DNA of 64,000 bases from Candidatus Latescibacterota bacterium (GTDB taxonomy: Bacteria; Latescibacterota; CBDEFO01), in the NCBI GenBank assembly GCA_965237525.1, contig CBDEFO010000008.1:96001-160000 (forward strand). Direction: 5' to 3'. Positions 43,628-52,877 of the stretch are shown piece after piece (the first letter of the stretch is position 1; every line of letters begins with the position of its first letter). Position numbers and translations under genes: made by a program. The notes beneath the pieces were generated by a model. The model was not told the origin of the DNA. It did no database searches and saw only the letters and a program-made list of their open reading frames with translations.

Positions 43628-45053
43628 GGAATTCCTAAAGTAAACGAGGAAGAAAAAGAACTGGTCAATCTCATCTTCGAGACCTACATCCAAGAGAAAT
43701 CCTTTCGGAGGGTTGCCAATATCATCAATGCCAAGGGCTACCGGACCAAGTCCTATACATCACGCCGAGGGCAGGTGCATGGCGGAGTGAAGCTTATAGC
43801 CACTTACATCAGCCGAGTTCTTTAAAACCCCTATTACATCGGCAAAGTGGTTCACAAAGGCAAATGCTATGACGGGCAGCACGACCCCATCGCATCAGAG
43901 GAACTGTTTGAAAAGGTGCAGAAGATCATCCTGTCCAATCAGGTGAAGCAGTCCAGGGGAAGGAAACACACCAAGTATCCCTTCATTCTGAAAGGTCTGG
44001 TTCGATGTGGGGATTGTGGGGCCTTTTATGACGCCCTACTTCGTTACATTCGACAGAAGAAACCTTACTTCTATATATAGCTGTACGAAAACGCAGCATC
44101 TTGGAAATAAGGAATGCTCGATGAGCTCTGTTCCCGCACCGCCATTGGAATATCTAATTGTAAAACGGTTGGTGCAACTGAAGGAAGACCACAACCTTGG
44201 ATCAGAGATGGTCGAAAATGCTACCACCCAACCTTCGGCGCTTCTGCAGGAATTAACAGATGTAAAGGACCGGCTGTCCAAACACCGGGGTAGCATAGAG
44301 CAGAAAATCAACACCTTAGTTGAAAGCCTAGCCGATGGTAAGGTGCAGATTAAATCGGTGGGACAGAAGATTGTTGAGTTGGAAGAGCGGAAAGAGCAGT
44401 TGAGTGAAGAGCTACAAGAGCTTGAGATGCAGATCATAGATGCAAAAAGAAAGGTCGTGAGTGCCAATACCTTGAGAGGCAGGCTCACGACCTTCTCTGA
44501 AATTTTTGCCGAAGCGACACCTGAGGAAAAGAAAGAATTGATGTGGCTTCACATCAACCAGATAGTCTGGACATCTCAGGAAATTCGTTTAGCTCTATTT
44601 GGAAACCCGACAATGTCTCCCAAGTTGTTAACCACGTCGGGAAAAGTTAGTCGAGATGCATTATCTGGCTCCCCGACCTGGCTAATAGATAGAACTTTTA
44701 GAGCGGTGTTTGAGTTTCCCAGGACCAAGAAGGAGCGTCAGAAAATCGAGCCTAAACCATCAAGGTACTATCGCAATCCCGTCTTCATCGCTCAGGAATG
44801 GCAAAAGGCATTGGAAAACGGTGATTGCTCCTCTCCGGCTGATCTGTCTCGTAAGCTCAGGGTTTCCCGTGCCCGAGTGACTCAGGTCTTACGTCTCCTC
44901 AAGCTATCCCCAGAAGTCTTGAAAGTCCTTGTTGCCCTCGGTGATCCCCTGCATTTGCCTATCGTCACCGAACGGATGCTCAGACCGATTGTTATGCTCC
45001 TAGTGAAAGATCAAGAATGGAGGGTTGAGGCGATATTGACAAAGAAGCACTAG
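43628..45053 (+). pseudogene. Large serine recombinase remnant (recombinase, Zn-ribbon, coiled coil) reading into an HTH domain
   Basis: IFETY, L*NPYYIG, GQHDPI, LKGLVRCGDCG, YSCTK; catalytic N-terminus absent; C-terminal SPADLSRKLRVSRARVTQVLRLL. Confidence 0.8.
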
Positions 45054-45490
45054 GACGATCTTGAGATTTTGGTTTCGGTATTGGAGTGTATGCTATTACC
45101 TCTTTCCCCTACTCTATTGTCTGTGCGAATGGGTAGTAGCAGCTGGCACAGACACACAGAGTGTGGGAGTCGATGAGAGGGATCAAAGGATTCTGCGGTT
45201 ACACAAGTATCTGAATAATAGGTCGTCAAAAGAGATACATGAGTCAGAAAACTCCCGGTGGTGATCTTGGAACACACAGCCTTCCTGAAACGGTAGGCTT
45301 TCTTTTTATTCATTTCGAGTGCCGGTCTGTTGACAACCGCCAATTCCTATTGACATCTAGCATTTCCTTTTGTATTTTGCAACTGAATGGACAACGCCTT
45401 GCCATTGAATGTTACATTCAAAATGTATTTAAGAAGATAATGATCAACATAAGTGATTACCCAAGAAGTCAAAATGAAGAGAACAATGTA

Positions 45491-46765
45491 ATGTATAGAC
45501 AGCTTGTTTCCACAGCAGTGTGTTTCGTTGTATTATGCCTGCTGTTGGCATCTGTTACAGCTTCGGTCTCTGTCGTGCTGAACTCTAACGTGACGGATTG
45601 GACTCCTAGCCAGTTTGCTGTCGAAATATCTATGCCGGATACTGTTGCGACCTCGGGAGATACGGTCTTAATTCCTGTTGTTGTGTCGTCGGATTTAACT
45701 GGCCTTGGAGTGTCATCTATCCTGGCAGTGATCACTTTCGAGGACGCTGTGCTGACGGCCCGGGATGTCTCAATAGATAACACGCTCTTAGCGGAGAGTG
45801 GCCAAGACACGATGTTAGTTGAGGTGAATACCATAACGCCGGGGCGTATTGAGATAGGAATATCCAGAACACACGATCTAACAGGGAGTGGTGTGCTTTT
45901 GCATATAGAGTCTACCGTTGTTAGCAGACTCATCTCTACAACAGTATCTACAGCACTGCATTTTGAGACCTTCATGTTCAACGAAGGCAGCCCATCCACC
46001 GAGACTCAGGACGGGAGCTTGACTGCCTATATTGTGACACCTGCTGCTTTCACCTTTGACGCTGTGAGCGAAGGAGCAGCTATTGAGGTACTGATAGATA
46101 CGGTTAAGACCAACGCGGCTAAGACATTGAAAGATAGTCTTTTGGCTGTGAGTTATTACGTCACAGGTGTACTTAATCCTTTTGTTGCTAAAGTCTTTGA
46201 TGTCAACGACAATAAACCGGGCACTGTGTTGGCGAGTAAGGTAATTGATCCTGTGGGAGGTCTCAGTCGCCTTGGATCAGACGGATTCACAAGGTTTGAG
46301 GATGGTAGGATTAGTTTAGGAATTACTCAGGATGATACGCTATTCGTAGCTATGGAGCTATTAGACGCTACGGGTCCTTCAATAGGAGTAAATATCAGCC
46401 TTGACCCAAGCAGGAGTTGGACCTTCGATGAGCTCGGTGGAGTAACACAATGGAGACGGAGTTCTGAATTCGGGATAACAGGGAACGGAGGGTTTATGAT
46501 ACGGGCTGTGACAGGGATTATGGGGGATGTGACGCAGTTCTTACCTTTTGAGAGAGGGATGCAAGATGGCGAGATTGGGACAGAGGATTTGGACTTTGTG
46601 GTGGATGTAGTTCTTAAAAGGATTTCTGCTGCTGGCGTGTCGGAAGTTATATCAGGAGGGGATGAAGTTACAAGGTTTCTTATAGATACTGTAGATGGAA
46701 AAGCAGGAGGACCTGACGGCATAATTAATCTCTTTGATATCCTGTTTGTTGTGAATAGGCTCTAA
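45491..46765 (+). CDS. Secreted cohesin-domain protein with C-terminal dockerin-like module
   Basis: Signal peptide; cohesin-like GDTVLIPV...LTGSGVLLHI...FNEG; twin motifs GDV...DGEIGTEDL and DGIINLFDILFVVNRL. Confidence 0.7.
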   Translation: MYRQLVSTAVCFVVLCLLLASVTASVSVVLNSNVTDWTPSQFAVEISMPDTVATSGDTVLIPVVVSSDLTGLGVSSILAVITFEDAVLTARDVSIDNTLLAESGQDTMLVEVNTITPGRIEIGISRTHDLTGSGVLLHIESTVVSRLISTTVSTALHFETFMFNEGSPSTETQDGSLTAYIVTPAAFTFDAVSEGAAIEVLIDTVKTNAAKTLKDSLLAVSYYVTGVLNPFVAKVFDVNDNKPGTVLASKVIDPVGGLSRLGSDGFTRFEDGRISLGITQDDTLFVAMELLDATGPSIGVNISLDPSRSWTFDELGGVTQWRRSSEFGITGNGGFMIRAVTGIMGDVTQFLPFERGMQDGEIGTEDLDFVVDVVLKRISAAGVSEVISGGDEVTRFLIDTVDGKAGGPDGIINLFDILFVVNRL

Positions 46766-46952
46766 GATTTTGGCAGGTGCATTTGTGCAGACAAGGAAAT
46801 TATCATTATTGATGACACCTCGTGCGACAGCAGTCCATCTATCATTGCTCTCATACAGTAGCAGTGACCTGATGCAGGTATAGTCCAATATTTGTAGAAT
46901 AGTGGACAAATACTAAACTATTGTAAAATATATATATGCTCAATAGAAAAGG

Positions 46953-46981
46953 TTGACAAAGAGTTGGATTTATCGTAGATT
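46953..46981 (+). promoter_or_regulatory. Sigma70-like promoter
   Basis: TTGACA-17 nt-TAGATT. Confidence 0.55.
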
Positions 46982-47073
46982 AAGGGGCTGTAGCTGGTTT
47001 AAGGGTTATGAACCCTTTAATTCAGATGTATATTCACACGGATGGGTGATAACGTAAATTCGCCCTGGCTTTA

Positions 47074-48594
47074 GAAGCCTTGTGAAAAACCCTTAGATTC
47101 AGAAAGTAGTATAGAACAAGCATTGATAAAGCAGTTCCGATGTATTATATTATGTTATTGATAATATTATACATGGAGGAAACAATGACCCCACAAAAGC
47201 AGGAACAGACAAATCCGATGTTTCACTATTTTCAGATGGAGGATTTAGTTCCCGAGGATCATATCCTTCGTCAGATTGATGAGGCAGTTGATTTTTCATT
47301 TGTACGAGACGTTGTATCAGATTGTTATTGCCCTGACAATGGCAGACCCGGTATTGATCCTGAATTAGTTGTTCGAATGATCCTTATTGGCTATCTGTAT
47401 AATTTGAGTGAGAATCGGCTCTGTCAGGAAGTGGGGATGCATGCGGCATATCGGTTGTTTTGTCATCAGACATTTGATGATGCGGTTCCGGATAGGAGCA
47501 CGATCAACAAGCTTCGCAATCACAAGTGGGCATCCAGTGGGTTGTTTGAACGGATAATGCGTCAGGTAGTCCAGTGTTGCATAGATGTCGGTCTTGTGAG
47601 CGGTAAACACCTTAGTGTCGACGGCACTCAGATACAAGCTGATGCTTCAGTGAAAAGTATTGAGCCGATAGAACCCCCTGTTTCTCTTGATGATTATCTC
47701 AAGGGAATCGGTTTTGAAGGTGATAAGACAAAGGGTAGGTCCGGGCATCCTCAGGATAAAGACTTTCATGGTGAAAAGTGGACGAACCAAACACACCGTT
47801 CGACTACAGACCCCGACGCGCGCTTATACAGCAAATCGAAGGGCAAAGGGGCTTTTCTCTCGTTTATGGGCCATGATCTGATCGACACAAAAAGCAGAGT
47901 AATCCTTGAGACTCAGGGCACGCAGGCGACAGGGACAGCAGAGCCCGAAAGTGCCCTTAAGATGGTAGATGACCTTGAAACATACACCATGCCCAAAGAC
48001 ATTCAGACACTTAGTGCCGATACCGGTTACGGTTCTGGTAATTTTATCGCTGATGTACTTGACCGGGGAATCATACCCCATATTCCTCTGCGAGCCGATG
48101 AGAAGATTGAACCGATTCCTACATGGAAAAACAAGACAAATCCAGCACATATTCAGGCCGAACGGGATAGAAAAGTGCGAGAGGCGAAAGCCAGAAATCA
48201 TGCACGGTCTATCTCATTAACAGCTGACTACAAACTCTCCCGGAGACTCCGTAAACGCAGTGAACATATCTTTGCTGAAGCCAGGCAACAACACGGTATG
48301 GGACGAGCCCGTTATAGAGGACCAGCCTCACTGAATGAACAGTTGAATCTTGTTGCAACAGTACAGAATCTCAAGAGGCTTGTATCTTTCATAAGAAGGG
48401 GGAAAGCGTCTATGTGTGCCCTGTCTGTCAAAGACAGTGCATCCTGTTCTTCAAACAGCTCCTGTTCCTTGCTGACCAGAACTCTGATAAGACTATTTTG
48501 CTTATTCCACAGCAAAACGATACGATATGCTACTCTTTGACCCATAATCGGCGCTTCAGACGCTGCCTGGGACATAACTATTTCACAAGGCTTT
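47074..48594 (+). mobile_element. IS1182-like insertion sequence, copy 3 (intact transposase 47140-48540)
   Basis: 1521 bp, same IR, flanked by TA. Confidence 0.95.
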
Positions 48595-48627
48595 TAGGTG
48601 AGGACTGAAAAAAGGAGGGTAGATACC

Positions 48628-49734
48628 ATGGAGAATGCTATCAGTTACAGTGATGTTCTTGTTCTTAATCCTAATCCTGTTGATCTTCGTATCAAGATGG
48701 TTCAGACTGCTCAGCTATACGGTGTCTCGTATGCTGCAAGGGCTTTTAATACAACACGCAAGAGCATAAGAAAATGGCTGAAACGTTATCTTGAAGACCG
48801 ATCCATAAAGAGTCTAGAAAATCATACGAAAGCACCCATAAACCCTCACTGTTTGTTACCGGAGGAGATCAGAAAGCTGATTGTAAAGTTCCGACAGACC
48901 CATCCTTCTTTGGGATATCCGTATCTATTGGGTTTTCTCCAAAAACAAAATGTTCCAACTGATCAAATCCCCTCCAAGCCGACTGCCTATGCTATCTGGA
49001 AAAAACACAATCTCATAAAGAAACGCAGGCGAAAATGGAAGAGAAAGAAACTTGTCTGCCAGTGGAAAAAGAAACTACGCCCCTTTGAACATATCCAGAT
49101 CGATGTCAAACATCTGTGCGATATCCCCAACTACCTGAAACAACACTACAAAACAGGCGCCAAACTCCCCATGTTTGAGTACAGTGCCAGAGACATCAAA
49201 ACAGGCGCTCTGTTTGTAAGCCTGAGAGACGAACAGAACCTCATCAACTCCTCTATCTTGGCCTGTGCTCTGCTCCAACACCTCCAAGACCACAAGGTCT
49301 ATCCACGAAAGATCCAAACCGACAACGGCAGCCAATTCGTCAATACAAAGGATGCCCTCAAAAAGACCCTCTTTACCGACCTCATCCAACAAAGAGGCGT
49401 AGAACATAAACGCATCCCACCAGGGGCTACTACATGCCAATCCGATGTAGAACGCGCCCACGGCCTAATCGAATATGAATTCTACGACACCGTCAAGATT
49501 ACCAACCGTGCCAACCTCTGCCGGAAACTCCAAACCTATCAATGGTTGTTCAATACCCAAAGACATAATAGCTATAAAGACTTCAAAACCACTTTACAAA
49601 TAGCCGCCCAACACGAACGCACAGAAAACCTCAATCCTCATCTTTTTAACTTCCCAATCTTGACTCTCGACTCTCTTGTTTCTAACTCTGTCAAGAGTGC
49701 ATATCATGTGCCTTTACCAGACGATTTTCGATAG
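48628..49734 (+). mobile_element. IS481-like DDE transposase (HTH + rve core)
   Basis: HTH (VSYAARAFNTTRKSIRKW), IQIDVK, IQTDNGSQF, DVERAH; AGGAGG RBS; element ends not firmly defined. Confidence 0.8.
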
Positions 49735-49804
49735 ATATATCTTTCTGTTTGTTTCGTCAAGTTAGCTTTTTTGCTTGACTTTCTAGCCTGTCCTCTTTAA
49801 TTTG

Positions 49805-50225
49805 CAGAAGTAGAGTGTTTCTTTGGAACTGTTCTTTAAGGAAGGCTGTACAAGATGTGGGTGCACGTTCTTTTCGGGGAATATATAAAATACGTCCGGT
49901 GACTTCTGAAGCAAAGGGCGTGTCGTTTCCGAGTGAGGGGGAAAAGAGATCCCTCTTTGCAGAGCTTATCGCCCAATCGAGGGCGAAAGTAGTGCTCCAA
50001 GAGCCATGGTTTACTACTACAAGGTTTAAGACCCTGACGGTTTATGGTACGGGCAAGTTTGATCAGCAGGAACTTCGGAGGAGGAAACTTCAAGGTGAAT
50101 GTCTTCGTAGGATGGGACTTCTCGGCTACTCAGAACTTTAAGCCGAGTTGTGCTTCCTCTGTGGAGGGACATCCCCAACAGCTGTTAAGTTATAAGAGTT
50201 CAGGCGCTACATATTTTCAATTTGG
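49805..50225 (+). ncRNA. Candidate structured non-coding RNA or long leader
   Basis: No credible ORF; several stems; TTGACT -35-like box at 49775; no family recognised. Confidence 0.35.
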
Positions 50226-50236
50226 GTTTATGTGTG

Positions 50237-50836
50237 ATGAATAGACTAACACTTCGTGAGCTTGAGAGGAACTATAAGAATTGCGAACTATGCGATCTGC
50301 ATAAGAGCAGGAAAAAAGTGGTGTTCGGGTGGGGCTTCCCCCATTCGAAGGTGCTCCTTGTAGCAGAAAGACCGGTCAGGAACGATGAGGCAACAGGGAT
50401 ACCTTTTAGCGGATCCGCTGGCGAGCTTTTGGACAAGATCCTTGCGGCGCCTAAAGTGGAAATCCCCAAGAGTGACGCATATCTCACAAATGTAGTGTTG
50501 TGCCGGGCTCCCAACGATAGATCGCCAAGGGTTTCAGAGATAAGATCCTGTCACGATAGGCTTATAACAGAGATAGAATTGGTGGATCCTACTTTTGCAG
50601 TGGCGATGGGAAGACTCCCTATGCTCCATCTGCTTAATTTACAGGGGAAGCTTGAGGAACTGAGGGGCTGGTACGTGACCCAGACAAAGGATAAGGAGTA
50701 CAAGACGTTTCTAACGTTTAACCCTGCCAGCGCTCTATACGGAGATCCCGAAACCATAAAGGCTAAAAAGAAGATGATGTACCAGGACTGGCAGATTATT
50801 GGAGATGCTTACAGGGATACTGTAAAGGATATCTGA
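50237..50836 (+). CDS. Family-4-like uracil-DNA glycosylase variant
   Basis: CELCDL, GIPFSG.AGELL, YLTNVVLCRAP; four Cys positioned for Fe-S; motifs AERPV and FNPAS. Confidence 0.85.
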   Translation: MNRLTLRELERNYKNCELCDLHKSRKKVVFGWGFPHSKVLLVAERPVRNDEATGIPFSGSAGELLDKILAAPKVEIPKSDAYLTNVVLCRAPNDRSPRVSEIRSCHDRLITEIELVDPTFAVAMGRLPMLHLLNLQGKLEELRGWYVTQTKDKEYKTFLTFNPASALYGDPETIKAKKKMMYQDWQIIGDAYRDTVKDI

Positions 50837-50949
50837 TGATAACTCAGCAGGTTACGGAGTTCCTGGGAGACGGTATATCGGATGAACTGAGACGAGCTGT
50901 CCAAAAGTTATCAGACGCTTTACCTGGGGGGAAATTTGAGCACGACTGA
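50836..50949 (+). pseudogene. 5' stub of an isocitrate/isopropylmalate dehydrogenase family gene
   Basis: MITQQVTEFLGDGISDEL resembles the GDGIGPE motif; stop after 37 codons; TGATG coupling to UDG. Confidence 0.6.
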
Positions 50950-51040
50950 GTTTACTCAAGAGTTGATCTCAAGAGTGAAATAGAACTTGCAAAATCAGTA
51001 GACAGTAGAACAGAGATTCTTGTCTATTCAGTGGACAGGT

Positions 51041-51227
51041 GAGATTGGTTCCGCTTCGCGTCTCCTACGGGGTCAGGATTTGGCACCTCGCAATGACAAA
51101 AAGCAAGAGCGCTCCATGACTCAAGGTATAAGCCACGCAACGTCACTGCGATCTTCGATTGAACCCCTGATCCCCGATTGAGTCTATCGGGGATTCAATT
51201 GGGGGTCGGGGATAACGAAGCAAGCTC
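51041..51227. repeat. Cluster of nested REP-like palindromes
   Basis: GAGATTG...CTCGCAATGAC and GTCACTGCGA...ACGAAGCAA units with a 21-nt palindrome nested at 51172-51192. Confidence 0.6.
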
Positions 51228-51315
51228 GTAGTCAGTAGAAAGCGGCACCTGCTCCCATCCGTATTTACCGTCGCTGCTTTTCTCAGGGAAGCAGACCTGC
51301 TCTGTACGCTGTCTA

Positions 51316-52791
51316 CTACCTTGGCAAAATGTAGTTTAAGATAGTTCGGAGTCGTTCTTTTTCAGTGATGGTGACCAGTTCCTGGTTGTCAATCAGAAAG
51401 ACTATTTCACCAGTTATGCCGAGCTCTTCAGAAAGCCGGGCGTCCTCTTTAAGGAGCGACAGCCCGGTTTCGCTTTTTGCTATTGCCTTTATCGTATCAG
51501 GTTCCAGGCCTACGGCTTCTACAGTCTCCTCCCAGTACGAGCTTCCCCCGGACCGAATCTTGGCCCTTATATATTCCGGATATTTTTCAGCATAGAATTT
51601 GTTGACTACAAGCTGTCTTATCGATTCTTCAACTTCGTATCTGCCGCCGCCGGCGACAAGTTCGCCGTCTCTATTCTCGCGGGTTACGTAGTGGATGTAG
51701 ACGTTTTGGGGCCCTTCATAGCCCTCCATGTGTGCCATTGTATCTCTGATGACTCCTAACGATCTTGAGGAGACGCTCGAAACGAAGATGTCAGCCCGCC
51801 CGGGAATCCTTTCTCTTTCGATCAGAACAGACGCTCCGACAGCTTCAGGGAAGATAAGATAGAGACCCCGGCTCTCATAGATCCTTCTCTTGATCTGAGG
51901 GAAGTTTCTGGACTCAAGCAGTCCCTCTCCGAATATGTAAGCGGGAAGCTTCCTTATGTTGTGTTGTATGATGAGAAGTTTGCCCTCATAGGAGTTGTGG
52001 GAAACTCTCCTGATCCGTATCCCAGGGAAGAGCGCCTTTGTGGACCGGACGATCTGGGCTTCGTTGGTGAAGTGGGCATCTTTGTGATAGACGACCGTAA
52101 GAGGGATAGGTCTAGCCTTTTCGTAGATGCATCTGGATTCCGAAGTCCCGGGCTTTACGCAGGTCCCGATGTAGCCCTCTTTTAAGCAGTCTGCGTCTCG
52201 GGAACACGTGGGGACGGATTTGCAGGCTTGCGGTTCATAATTTAATCTTGCGCAGATGGCCTTGAGGAGAGAGTACCGTTCTATGGAATCTTCGTAGGGT
52301 TTGCCGTCTATATAGATGGTCGGCGAATCGAAGATTTTGAGACTGTCGGTCCTCGATATGTGCGATCGCAAGATCTCTTCGGCTTTGCCACTTTCGATGT
52401 AGGCTTCAATTTTTTGGGGAGCGATCTCGACTTTCAGAGCCGATTCCTGCCAGGGGGCCTCTGGAACAGTGATATTTCTCAGCTGTGTATAGTCCCAGAA
52501 TTTTTCGGCATAGAGTTCCCAAATGGCTATGCGGCGAAGGTCCTCGTTTACTTCCTCTTCTCCCCTGAGGCTCTCTATCGTTCCGTCTTCTCTTAAATCT
52601 GCCACGTAGTACAGGTCAAAGTCGATGTATCCCGAAAGGTCTTGTATAACCCGATGGATAACCCTTTCCGCCTCTACACAGTGGGGACAGAGGCTCATCT
52701 CATACAGGTCGAGTTTGACTTTTTGCGCAGAAACACACGAGAAAAATGCTAAGACTGGAACTATGGCGATAGTAAGACTGCGGAAAATCAT
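51316..52791 (-). CDS. Exported multi-thioredoxin-fold (GILT/DsbA-like) protein
   Basis: Signal peptide; LDLYEMSLCPHC, SPTIYIDG; Cys-rich linker; degenerate C-terminal repeat. Confidence 0.7.
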   Translation of the reverse strand: MIFRSLTIAIVPVLAFFSCVSAQKVKLDLYEMSLCPHCVEAERVIHRVIQDLSGYIDFDLYYVADLREDGTIESLRGEEEVNEDLRRIAIWELYAEKFWDYTQLRNITVPEAPWQESALKVEIAPQKIEAYIESGKAEEILRSHISRTDSLKIFDSPTIYIDGKPYEDSIERYSLLKAICARLNYEPQACKSVPTCSRDADCLKEGYIGTCVKPGTSESRCIYEKARPIPLTVVYHKDAHFTNEAQIVRSTKALFPGIRIRRVSHNSYEGKLLIIQHNIRKLPAYIFGEGLLESRNFPQIKRRIYESRGLYLIFPEAVGASVLIERERIPGRADIFVSSVSSRSLGVIRDTMAHMEGYEGPQNVYIHYVTRENRDGELVAGGGRYEVEESIRQLVVNKFYAEKYPEYIRAKIRSGGSSYWEETVEAVGLEPDTIKAIAKSETGLSLLKEDARLSEELGITGEIVFLIDNQELVTITEKERLRTILNYILPR

Positions 52792-52816
52792 AGGTGATCG
52801 GTCTCCTAATAAGTGG

Positions 52817-52877
52817 GTAGGGGCAGACTCGTGTGTCTGCCCCTTAAATTTGGGCGAACACTTGGGTTCGCCCCTAC
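52817..52877. repeat. Inverted GTAG-REP doublet supplying the hydantoinase B stop codon
   Basis: GTAGGGGCAGAC..GTCTGCCCC and GGGCGAAC..GTTCGCCCCTAC; the minus-strand TAG is at 52874-52876. Confidence 0.8.

Noticed and set aside
46984..47030. GGGGCTGTAGCT after a promoter, resembling a tRNA-Ala or tmRNA 5' end
   Set aside because: No D-arm, T-arm, tag frame or matching 3' end follows; only a simple hairpin.
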